Shown here in pieces: positions 37,828-49,135 of a DNA stretch of 64,000 bases (position 1 is its first letter; each line of letters opens with the position of its first letter). The translations under genes and the position numbers were made by a program. The notes beneath the pieces were generated by a model that saw only the letters and a list, made by a program, of their open reading frames with translations, made no database searches and had not been told where the DNA came from. Origin of the DNA: Camelus ferus (Eukaryota); contig NC_045697.1 in NCBI RefSeq assembly GCF_009834535.1, positions 57,352,001 to 57,416,000 of the forward strand, written 5' to 3'.

Positions 37828-40800
37828 GTAACGCAATTAAACATGAGAGAAACTGATCTTCAGCCTGGAGACTGCTTCCTGCTACTATTCAGTATGAGAA
37901 TTCTCCCTCATCTGGACATGCATACCCACACATACCCTCTGACCTTGAACATATAAGACTGCACTTAAGTTCTCACCTCCCCAAGTCCTTTATGATCCAA
38001 TATAAGCCCTTCATTCCAGCAGCCAGTAGAATAGTTCCCTTCCCAAGCTGCATCTTGAGTTTCAGTCCTTTGGGAATAAAGTTCAAACACATGTTGCAGT
38101 CTCATAACAAATGTTCCTTTATAGAACTTGGTGCCAAGACTTGGACTGAGATGAAGACTATCTCCATGCCTGGATCATGTTCCTCAGTGAGGTTAGAGCA
38201 CACCAGAGATTCCTTGCATCTTCCTATCTTGAGGAGCTGAGGCTGATTTAATACTGAATGCTTTTTGGATTTAATCTCCTAAACTCTAGATTGCCTTAAC
38301 TAATTTTAGCTGAGGTATCAGAACAATTCTTGATCTTGGAATAAGGACATATTTTCTATTCTCAGTGCTAAACCTTTAACAATTAGTAGAAAGCAGTTGT
38401 CTAAACTCCCTTAATACGCTCTAAAACAGTAAGAGAAAGAACTCTGTACAGAGAAGTTTGATCATAATTTATATAGGCCTTTTTTTTCTAGTTAAGAAAT
38501 CTCATGGGCAAGGCAATAATTTTGTTGAAGATCTTGGGGCCATAAATATGATCATTATATCTAATTTTCTGTTGGTCACCAATCTAAATATTACTCTTGC
38601 CCATGTTTTTCAGATACTATTTATTTTACTGTTCTAGAACTCTATTCATCTTTATTTACTGTAGCCATATATTAAAAAAGTCAGTATTTATTTGTTTGCT
38701 TTCGGTTGAAAAAAATCAACAATATACTTGGATAGATGTGTCACAGGGGTGTACTAAAGCACCTTCATTATTTTCTCAGTGTCTGTATAAGTATTTGAAC
38801 TATCTTTCATTCGGGATAGGCACCAACTTTCTTAAAAAGTGGATGATTTAATTCTTTGTTCATCTGCTGAGGACATTTTAGTAGAAGTATCTCTTTATCT
38901 TAAAACTTGCTGAAAAGGGTCACTGTGTCTCCAAAGATTAATTACAAATTTACTTATCTCCAGTCCATTGTCTGCTGTATGATGTCTGCAAGGCAAGAAA
39001 CAGTGAACTGTCTATAGGTCACTAAGAAATTCTCTTAGCCAACCACCAAGAGAGAATTTGGGGAGTCTGGAAAATGATAGGACAGTGAAGAGCAGCAGAA
39101 TATGCCGCCTCCACACAGGCCACTTTGGCAGATTGAATATTCAGAGCTAAAGCCAACTGAGAAAAAGCAGATACAAGAAAAGCTCTCTGCCCTCCTCCTA
39201 TTTGTGTAAAAGCAGGACATACATTTGTAAAGGTATGCTTCCTCCCCTCACTACCAGGAAGGACAGAAATTAATCACCAGAGACATCTCTAGATCCTTAT
39301 CGTCTCAGAGAGGGCACCAGAAAAATCTATGTAACAAATCTTACTGACCAGCCTTCGTTTTCTATCAGTTTCCCCCATGTAGTTTTCTCTTCCCACAATT
39401 TGCTACACTCAGAACTCCGTCTTTTTTCTTGTCTTTACTCTAAAATTTTATTGTTATTTTGCTAAAATGCTACATAAGCCCAAATTTTAACCAACTCTCT
39501 TGAGTTACTCACTCCTAAATGCTCCCATGTGTATATATGATGCATATGTTAATAAACTTCCATTTGTTTTCCTCTTGTTAATCTGCCTTTTGTCAGTCTA
39601 ACTGACAAAGCCTCCACCAGAAAACCTAGGAAGCTGGAGGAAAAAGGTTTTTTCCCTCTTCTACAATATAGTGATCAACTGGTACCAATTTTTCTGAAAT
39701 AGCCTTTCCAAATGTGAGACACTGGAAAAACAAAGTTTTTCGTTATTTGCCATTCTGTGGCTTCCTGCTCATTATAAATCCTGTCCTTTGTACATACAAA
39801 TTTTGAATATGCTTTATTATTGTCCATTCACTAACAAAGTGACATCATAGACTTTAGCATATTAAAGTGTAATTTGGGATGCTATATCCATGTCTTGCCT
39901 ACTCTCTTTGGGCAGTTGCCATTTCTACATAGTAGAATTTTAGTCTGCCAATTTTATTCTGGGAAATGATTTAAATTTATTATTGCCTTACCCTCTCCAA
40001 ACTTTACTTCTGATAATATACAACCTCTTTTCTGCCAATTTGTTAACCTCATATGATTTAGAAGACTATCCCTTTCTTACATAATTCTGCTCTAATGCAA
40101 CAGTTTAAATCTCGCCACATTAATGGACATTCCTGATGAAATAATGCCTGATGACTGTCAGTTGTCTATTCATGAGCTCACTTACCTTAAACTGATATTT
40201 TAAAAGATGTTTGACAATTCATTTTGATTTTCTTTGTAGATGATTTTTATATTAAACAAGGAGGAATAATATCAGGCTAAATGCAGTATTACTGATTTCA
40301 ATAGATTAAAAGATCCAGTGGTCTCCCAGACATTAAATCAGCATAAATGGCTGTGCTAATAGCTCTTACTGGAATATGTTAACTCTCCAAAGGGTCAACA
40401 TCTACAGTGAGAAAAGACATGCCTTTGGAGTGGTACATGATTTTGAGTTATAGAAGCAGAGAAGGTTTTTAACTACTAATGGAAGTCCCTCATCCCTTAA
40501 GGATGGCATTTGGATTTAGGAATTGATTCATAATATAGCCCTTACTACTGGAAAAGTTGTGATTACAATAAACGTACATACCAAGAAACAACCATTGGAA
40601 GCCAGAGGAAATACTTTTGACTGACTACTATGCTAAACAGGGAACAGTAATCAAAATCCTTCAATGCTACCCAAAGAAATCCAAACCCATTTGCCCCATT
40701 GATTTTGTCCAGGCTTTTATGGACATCTAATAACGATCTTGAGTTGGAATAATTTTAATAGTAACATTCAGAATGTTCTGAGAATTATGATTATCCCTTA

Positions 40801-42300
40801 AGACACCAGAACCTCCAGAAGTTGATCATCTCTGAAGAGACCAAATTACCTGAAGTAGAATTTGGCAAAATATTACATGCCATTATAGCAAAGATTACTT
40901 GAAAAGTAACCTAAAACATCAATGGTGGGGAAATATCACATGAATATCTGAGGATATTTTGAGTACATTTCCTAGAGATGAAGAATATATATATATAATC
41001 CTGAAGGATATCTGGAAAGGTTGCTACTTTACTTGGAGACAAGAACCTAAGCCTCAAAAGCCTTTTGAGATTTTGCATTTGGATTTATTTAATTTTGCTA
41101 TCCTAGAGATTCAGATATGTTCCAGTGATTGTAGGCTTATTATCTCAGGTGGAAATTTATATTTGAGTTCAAGGACTAAAGTGTTACTTTTAACTCTGAT
41201 GGCTGTTGATCCCCTATACTTCCTGTATGTTACTGAGACACTCATGGGATTAAGAGCCAGTTTTATAATTCTTGAATCTAGCATCTTCCAAAAAGATATG
41301 GTCAGATATTGTAGAGGATAGAGGACTTATACAGTACTCAGCTTTATAATCAATAGGTTAAATCTGAGATTCAAAAAAAGAGCCTCCTGAACATCTTCAT
41401 GGGTTTTAGCCTGGATCCTGGATATTTCATTTAGTGGAAGCATCACCAGGAAGAAAATAAAACAACTTACCGTAGATGAAAGGGACCATATCAGATTCTG
41501 GTAGCAACTAATACTACAGTACAGTAAAATTACAAGTTACTGATCTTTGGACTCATCATTCCCATCTCAAATGACAATATACCAATAAACTGAAGGAGGA
41601 TTTTAGGCAGCATACTTTTGTCCTCAGGCTTCCTCAAACTATGCCATGCAGAAAGCATGTAAGGTGGACCAATTGGTTCAAAAGCTGCCTGGGACTTTAG
41701 CTTAGGGAAAACTTAGAATTTTACAGACCTTAAAAGAAACTAACATGGGAGGTATTTGAAAGGAGAAAAGCAGTTGTCCAAAATACAGCATCATATTAGC
41801 ATCTGAAGGAAGTAACTACACATGAATATGGGAAGGAGGTTATACTTTTGCTCCCATAGATTTATCAGAAGTCTGTAATGTCACTACAAAAATAAGGCAC
41901 TACAGAGAAACTACAGCTGGAGATTTGGCTAATACACTATTCTCTGAATCCTCATCATGTGGTTGTAGATGGGATCATATTCTTGGTTGGATTTAGAAAA
42001 TGTCAGAGCTTGTTTCAGAGTAAATTTCAGAGTTTCACAGTAATTCATTTTCCTAATGTTCTTGCCATCACATTTATCAATATAACTTCTCCAGGGGTTT
42101 AGGTGCTACTGCAAGTCTGCCTGTAACCCAGACACAAAAGGCTGAAGGAATGCTAATGGTCACTGTTGTACAAAAAGCCTCCCAAACTATCATAGGTCTG
42201 CAGTGTGTTCTTAAAGATCTGTAAGTGTGGGTTCTTAGACAAAAACTGGTCATGTGTGATGGTATTTGTGATGTCAGAACACCTAGAGAAATACCCATAT
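37828..42300 (+). mobile_element. Degraded class I (ERV1) provirus: 5' LTR, PBS, pol remnants, weak env remnant
   Basis: Putative LTR about 37828-38125 (TATAAG 38001, AATAAA 38075); PBS TGGTGCCAAGACTTGGA 38129-38145 (tRNA-Phe-like). RT: FVEDLGAIN, QQYTWIDVSQGCTKAPSLFSQ, VDDLILC (38839), LAEKGH. RNase H: FVDD, KSA*MAVLIALT, HAFGVVHDF. Integrase: PFEILHLD, KGPYQIL (about 41480), WTHHSHLK. Confidence 0.85.
39086..39665 (+). mobile_element. ERV1 solo LTR, MER34-like, nested in the pol of the older provirus
   Basis: Begins TGAAGAGCAGCAGAATATGCC...CCACTTTGGCA; AATAAA near 39551; ends TTCCCTCTTCTACA; pol homology on both sides. Confidence 0.85.
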
Positions 42301-42791
42301 AAAGTAACTGTTTTTTCCACTCAAGTAAAATATGAGCCTGGCTGACCTTTAGCCTCAGAGATCAACTGTGTCTTGCACATATGTAGTCTCACAATTAACC
42401 TCATATTTCTGCTCCCATATGATGAGAGTGAACTGTATGAGGAAGGAATAAGACTAGAGGAATAACATCACTGTGAAACACAGACTAAGATTCTGTTGTT
42501 TGTTGTGGCCATTCTAGCCATGTGGCAAGATCCAAAGTGGCTGTGCAGGATTTTGACTATTCTAATTGGGTAGAAAATGTCTCAATACTTTAAAACTTTA
42601 TAGTACTACATGTGAGTTAGAATTCATGGTTGTGAAATATCTGAATAGAAATATCTGGTAATTTAGGAAGTATATTGATGGTAAATATGCAACAATCATC
42701 CATTTTAATTATGATTTAGGGAAAGAAGTAAATTTGTATTGTTTTCATAAAATTGTCACTAAATATGATGAACTATTTTTTCAATAAGCTA

Positions 42792-43420
42792 TAGTTAGTA
42801 GGTTAAATTCTTTGTTACCCACCCCCCAATAATGTTGAGGTCCTAATGCCCAGTACTTCCAAATGTCACCTTATTTGGAAAGTGGATCTTTATAGAGTAA
42901 TTAGTTAAAATGAGGTCATTACAGTTGGCCCTAATCCAAAAATACTGTTATTCTTATAAAAAAGGGGGAATTTGGACAGAGATAAAGATATAAATAGAGG
43001 AAATATAATGTGAGGAAACACAGGAAGAATATTGTGATCTATAAGCCAAGGAGAGAGGCCTGAAACAGTTCCTAAATAACATAAATTTCAATATTGGAAA
43101 TTCTGGTGCTGCTGAAGGAAGTGGCTTTGGAATTAGGTAGGGAAAGAGGCTGGAAGAGTTTTGAGGTGCATGATAGAAAAAAACCCAGATTGCCTTGAAG
43201 AGACTGTTGGTAGAAAGGTAGATGTTAAAGGAGATTCTGGTGAGAAATCAGAAAGAAAAGAGAGCTGTAAAGAAAGTTTCTATCATCTTTGGGAATACAT
43301 ATATTGTCAAGAACAGAATATTGAGAGAAATATGAATGTTAAAGGTGTTTCCAGTGAGGTCTCAGGTGGAAATGTGAAATATCATTGGAAACTGGAGGAA
43401 AGGTGATCCTCATATCCTAT
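42792..43420 (+). mobile_element. MaLR MLT1B-type LTR (3'-deleted) plus start of MLT1 internal region
   Basis: CACCTTATTTGGAAA...TAAAATGAGGTCATTA...GGCCCTAATCCAA...TATAAGCCAAGGAGAGAGGCC, then GAAGTGGCTTTGGAATTAGG...GAGGCTGGAAGAGTTTTGAGG. Confidence 0.85.
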
Positions 43421-46188
43421 AAAGTGAGAGTCCCCAAGCTCTGTGTGACCAAAACCCTGTTGTAAAGCTTTAATGGGGGATACAACTAAATTGGAAGTAT
43501 ATAAAAATGTAAGGATTGTTAGGAATATGTTAAAAATTGGAATATTTAAACATTCCACTCGTGACCACTCCCCCTACCTAGTATTATAAAATTAAAACCT
43601 ATTGATGAAGTCCTAATGGAGGCTGTAGTTAGGAACATAAATGTTGATGGGATTAAGGTGAGAGTTTGGAAGAGAATTGGTACAATTGAACAGGCTTTGT
43701 ATCAAATGATTGTATCTCCTTTACCTGAGTATGTTATGAAGATGGACATTGTATGTGACTGGGGAATATTTCTTCTACCTGGTAATATAAAACATAAGGT
43801 ATGTAGATTGGTCCTTCAATAATATTAATTGGATCTGCTAAATGAAAACAAATAAGATTGCCCAAACCCACACAGTGTAGAATAGAAGTTGGAATGCAGT
43901 CCAGACAAATTCTCTGTATAATAGTCTTGTATGGAACACAGAATGGAGCTTATGGCAAAATTCTGTGAGCACCTGTTAGTAATAACTTCTGGGAATTTGG
44001 ACTAGAGCATTTCCATTTGAGGGTCAATTAATAGCTTGCTATTGGACATTAATTGAAACTACTCTCATAACTGAAAGACTAAAAATAATATTGAAACCTG
44101 AAATACCATAATATTTTGGGTGATTTAGAATAACACTCTAATGGGGAGGGCAGTCCTTGGTAAAGATACATAATGAAATGGAAATGGTTTATACAGAATC
44201 ACACCACTTGAGAAATGCAAGAAGGAGGCACTCAGGAGTGGGGAGTCTATTTTTCCCTAAGGACTAACATTGGAACTGAATGAGTAGCTGCAGGATTATA
44301 TCATCAGTTGGATAGTGCCCTGTAAACAGTTCTCTACTGACTGACAAATAGCTGCTTGGTTTGTGGATGGCAGTTCCAAGGCAAATGGACAACATTCTGT
44401 TATGAAGGATGCCATTCTGAACAAAGAAGGAAAGAAATCAGCTTGGTGGGCTGAAATGCATGCTGTGACCCTAGCAGTGATGAAGGAATTTGAAAATGGT
44501 AAAAGCCCCCTTGTTTGGGTTTTTACTCACTTTTTGGCAGTGGCAAATTGCCTGGCCACATGGTCAAATAGAAAAGCAATGGGAAGCCGGTCTGTTAATG
44601 GAATGCCCGTGTGGGGCATAGCCCTATGGAAATGTAAGGGGTGCAGTAATATAAGACACGCTGATACTCATTGGAATAAGTCCCTTCCAGGCTCGGAGAG
44701 TGATTGGCATTGACCAGCAGATATCACCATGGGCTCACTTAAATGTGGCCACTTAGTTCCATGAAATGACTGAGCATACAGGTACTGCAGCAATGCAGAG
44801 ATGGGCTGAATAGACACATTCTTCTTGTGCCACACCTTCTGAGGCACAAAAATACCAGTAAAAACTGTTTGTCTCTCAGCAAAAGAGACAGAGATTGCAG
44901 ATGGCTATGTGACAGATTTCCTGTGGGAAAGACCCTGAACATAGCTGGCAAGTGGGACTGATGCTGGTAGCCATAGGGGACTATAAACAGTTCTTGACAA
45001 GAATAGACACTAACTTGGGGCTGAGCTTTGCTTAAGGAGTGGTGCTCAGAGTACTGCAAGAGAACTAGAATGGAATTTTCTGTGCTAATTTGGTTGGCCA
45101 GCCATCATTGATTCAGACCAAGGAACATATTTTACAGCTCATAATGCCCATCAGTGGGCAGAGAGATACCCTCCTTAGATAAATAGTTTGATAGAGAATT
45201 AAAATGGGTAATTAAAACATTGACTATGTAAAACAGGGGGAGATGGCCATGAAGGACTGGCGTATATGCCTTCATAAGGGTGTGCTCCCATTCAACATGG
45301 AAGAGAGTAAGGGAGGGTCCACAATGGATAGATTTCTCTGTTTTTCTAGTGAATCTGGGGGAGGATGCTGGTATAACTATGCAGGTCTTGCCAAGAGTTG
45401 GGGGGATGCTGGTATAAAGACTATACTTTTTCTTCCTTCCTCACATCACCTTAACTTTTTTTTCACTGCTTGATGCAGAAGTCAGAATCAGGGCTGCAAC
45501 AATAGTACTGGAAGCAGGGATGATTTCTAAACAAGAAACTGTGACTGTATTTTTAAATTTTATGTCAGAATTCCTAAGGACCTGATGGGGCAAATTGTGC
45601 CTTTGCCACATTTGACAAAATTAGAGTTAACAGTGAATTTAGTATTATTGCCTGGCAGTAAAGATATCCCACCAGTTGTACACCTATGTAACCTACCCTG
45701 TGTGAACGGGAGTGGACTCAAGCGGGGATACTTGCTGGATCATTATGGCTGCCTGAAATCTAGACCAACACAGTGGCCTAACTGAATGTTTTTCCTAAAG
45801 GTGGAAAAGTTTAACTGTTAATGGAGGGAAGAAGAAAGAGTAGCTGGGGACAAAGGAATGAATAAATGGGTTGTTTAATAAGCGAAATCTAATGTTAGCA
45901 CCTCAAAAGAGGCTTCAGCAAGAGCTTTCATCTTAGAGCTTAATTATACCAGATTCCTGAAAAGGTGAAGCCATATGTTGCTGAGACCATCCTACTTTTA
46001 GAATCTGACAAGATCAAATAGAAGCCTGTAAAATTGAGTGGTCTTGCCCTAGGAGATGCCTTTTATATGATATGATAGACTAGACTAATTATTAATGACT
46101 GAACTGGATTTTAGTAATGTGCCAGTATCTTTTTACTTTTATGATAGTTTTGCTGTAACTAGTCCGTGACCAGAAACCAGTGGTAGAA
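43421..46188 (+). mobile_element. Class III (ERV-L; MER21-int-like) internal region: protease, RNase H, integrase and dUTPase-like remnants; RT core missing
   Basis: Protease-type IVSPLPEYVMKMDIVCDWG. RNase H WFVDGSSK...KSAWWAEMHAVTLAV...VWVFTHFLAVANCLATW. Integrase DSDQGTYFTAHNAHQWA (about 45110). Post-integrase GQIVPLPHLTKLELTV. Confidence 0.8.
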
Positions 46189-46545
46189 TGTGACATAAAA
46201 ATAAGTGTTTATTTGGTCTTTGCCCCTGGTTCCTGACACAGAGCTCCTAAATCCCTTTGGTGATAGTAGTGTCATTTGTTATGTTAAAGTGTATCTTGGT
46301 GGGCACCTGGTTGGCTTCAGGATGGGGACTGGTCACTAGAAAGACCAAGCCATGATTGGAAACTAGAATTTTCAGCCCCATACTTTATCCTCTAACAGGG
46401 GCTGGAAATTAAGTCAGTAATCAATCATGTGTCCGTAATGAAGCCTCCATAAAAATCCCTAAACTGCAGGGTGGAGAAAACCTCCCAGGAATGCACTCCC
46501 ACTTCATGGGGATAGATAACTCCTCTCCTACACTGGAGATACTTT
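46189..46545 (+). mobile_element. MER21-like 3' LTR (truncated)
   Basis: TGTGACATAAAA...TATTTGGTCTTTGCCCCTGGTTCCTGACACAGAGCTCCTAAATCCC...GGCTTCAGGATGGGGACTGGTCAC...AATGAAGCCTCCATAAAAATCCC. Confidence 0.8.
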
Positions 46546-46889
46546 CGGAGGTTTTCTTTTACCCCAACTCTAAGAGATGATAGAAATTTTGTTTGGTTGT
46601 GCCAGAAAGATGTGGACAAAGATTTTCAGTAAATAGCTAAAATTTTCTGGCACTACTATTTGTATTTATGTTGTATTTAGATTAAACACAAACAAAATAG
46701 GTTGGTTTATAAGTTCTAGGTGACAAATAAAAACAAGAGAAAAGATTTTTGTTTTGTTTTTGTCACTACTGTTATTCAGGCAATCAGTTCACATTACTTA
46801 CCAAAGCAATCTTTTTTAATTTCTAGTTTAAATGTATAAAACCAATTATTTTAGAAACTGAAGTCAGTTACTATAATTAAGAAAGCTCT

Positions 46890-47185
46890 CTGTCATAGCT
46901 AAGAGGAATCCAAAAAGAAATGATGACTAAATGTAATGCCATGTCCTGAATGTGATCCTGGGATAGACACAAGGACATCAAGTAAAAATTATGGAAATCT
47001 AAATACAGTATGGATTTAGTCAATAATAATGTATCAATATTTGTTCATTAATTGTGACAAGTATACAAATGTAACATGCTCACATTAGGGGAAACGAGAT
47101 GTGGGTTATATGGAACACTGTATCATACTTGCAACTTATTCTCTAAATCTGAAACTATTATAAAATTTTAAAGTTGATTTAAAAG
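46890..47185 (+). mobile_element. Old L1 (L1MC/MD-type) 3' end
   Basis: ATGATGACTAAATGTAATG...AATAATAATGTATCAATATTTGTTCATTAATTGTGACAA...TAAATCTGAAACTATTATAAAA. Confidence 0.8.
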
Positions 47186-49049
47186 ATCTATGATCTTTCA
47201 AAAAGAAATACTATGCAAAATGAGTAAATACTCTTGATTGCCTTGGAATATATTCTTAAAATGCATTCAGTATTTTTGGAACTGTAAGAAAAATCTGTTT
47301 GATAAATTATTTTTAATCCATAGTATTGTCAACATAAGAAATATCGCCTTGCTTATTTATTACAATTCCTGAAAAATTCCCAAAGCTACAACTTTTTATT
47401 TTGCATTTATAGATTTTAATGTATAAACTTAAAGGTATTTTTTAATATTTAGAGTACCTAATAAAACTTTTTGCTTTGTTCATTTTACATATATGTTCTT
47501 CCTTTTAGTAATTTTATTATATAAGTTGCAATGACCAACATAAAGTATTAATACAGAACCATATTTCTTGACAGATGGCATTTAGATGCATAAAAAATCC
47601 ATTCATCTCAGAGTAGTTCTTACATTTGTAGTTTTCTATAACTAATTCTATATTTTTTCCTTTGTTAAATAAAATATTTGTAATTCATAGAATTTAAATT
47701 AGTCATTGATCTCAAATGAGTCTGCTTCTGCATTTAAATATTAATAGATTAAAATAAGAAATGGACTAGGAAGAGAAATAGAAGAAATACACTGGACAGC
47801 ATGAATTATTTAGACCATTAGAAGCACTCTAGCAACAGAGAAAGTCTAGAAAAATTTAATAAGTTATCTTGTTCAGGATCTGCTTATTCAGTGACCAACA
47901 AATTAATTGAGTTATTTAAGAAAAAGAAATCTGTATAAAGTTAAAAATGGTATCTAAGTGTCAAGTTCTCTGTTTCACGCAGATTTTTGTTAACCTCTTA
48001 CTATGACAACTTCCTACATTGTTGAATTGTTTTCAGGGAGGAAAAGAAGAAAGGCTTCATCAAAATACATTTCTGATAATTAGTTATTTCCATTATAATA
48101 GAATAGAAAGTTTACTGCAGCATTCTCAGATACCTTTTTTTTCTAATGATTTCTTATTTCTGCTATAGTAATAGCAGCTCAGCATCCTTCTGTCATAGCA
48201 TATATACCAACTAGGGAAAAGTATACTTTCACATCCCTTAAAATATATTTCTTTCACTAAATTTATTAAAATTAATTTTTGCAAAGGCAACTTTCTCTTC
48301 TGTAAAGGGTAGGGTATTAAACATTTCTTTGTATAAGCTAATATGAAATATAATTTACCGTGGTTAATTTTTCCTTGGTAGCCCAGAAAGCAACATTCTG
48401 TGAATTATTAATATCAATATAGTTTTATGGCACAAATATGTTTCCACTAGGTTACTTTTATTCTTTTAGACTTTGAATAATACTTTGTCATTTTTGCCAC
48501 TGGATATTCAATATTTAGAATTGTTTGAGTCACATAGTAAGTATTCAGTAAATATATGCTGAATTTATATAGCATGTAGAATAATAGAAATCTCATTCTC
48601 TTTGTGTTAACATTCCTTCCAAGTTCTAACCTACCAGATAATTAGGGAGTTGGTTGTGGGCAGGGAGGAAAATGTTCATGTATGAGGTATGTATGCTTCA
48701 ATACCAATAAAATTGGTATTTAAATGGTATGCTTAGCCAATATGAGGCTTTTGCTTTGAAGAAAGGGTGAGTTGAACTTAAAACTTTGATTAATAAAAAA
48801 GTAGTCTGTATCTTCTTAAGAGAAAGGGCAAGATGCATTGTTAGAAATATGAACCCTTGAATAAGAGTTTGCATTAAGCTTTTGTGTTGTCCATAATGTG
48901 AATTTTCTTCTCTGTTTCCCTGGAAATCTTTATTAGAGGAGTCATTTCATTTTGCTGTTACATATATATGTAATATATAAATATCAATATATATTATATA
49001 TAGTATATACATATTATATATATTCTGAAGATGCTTTAAAAGCTTAATC

Positions 49050-49135
49050 TTTTTAAATAATTTTTCTTATTGAAGTATAGTCAGTTTACAAGGTTGTGTC
49101 AATTTCTGGTGTACAGCATAATAACTCAGTCATAC
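49050..49135 (-). mobile_element. Very short 5'-truncated L1 3' terminus
   Basis: TTATTGAAGTATAGTCAGTTTACAAGGTTGTGTCAATTTCTGGTGTACAGCA is similar to the reverse complement of the young L1 tail at 13605-13660. Confidence 0.7.

Noticed and set aside
44363..44713. 116-aa RNase H-like ORF as a host gene
   Set aside because: Stop-bounded fragment of a decayed ERV-L pol with a GTG start; the TDS-type catalytic motif has decayed to THF.
48960..49022. (TA)n-rich tract; similar simple repeats near 17675-17725 and 56530-56565
   Set aside because: Ordinary degenerate microsatellites.
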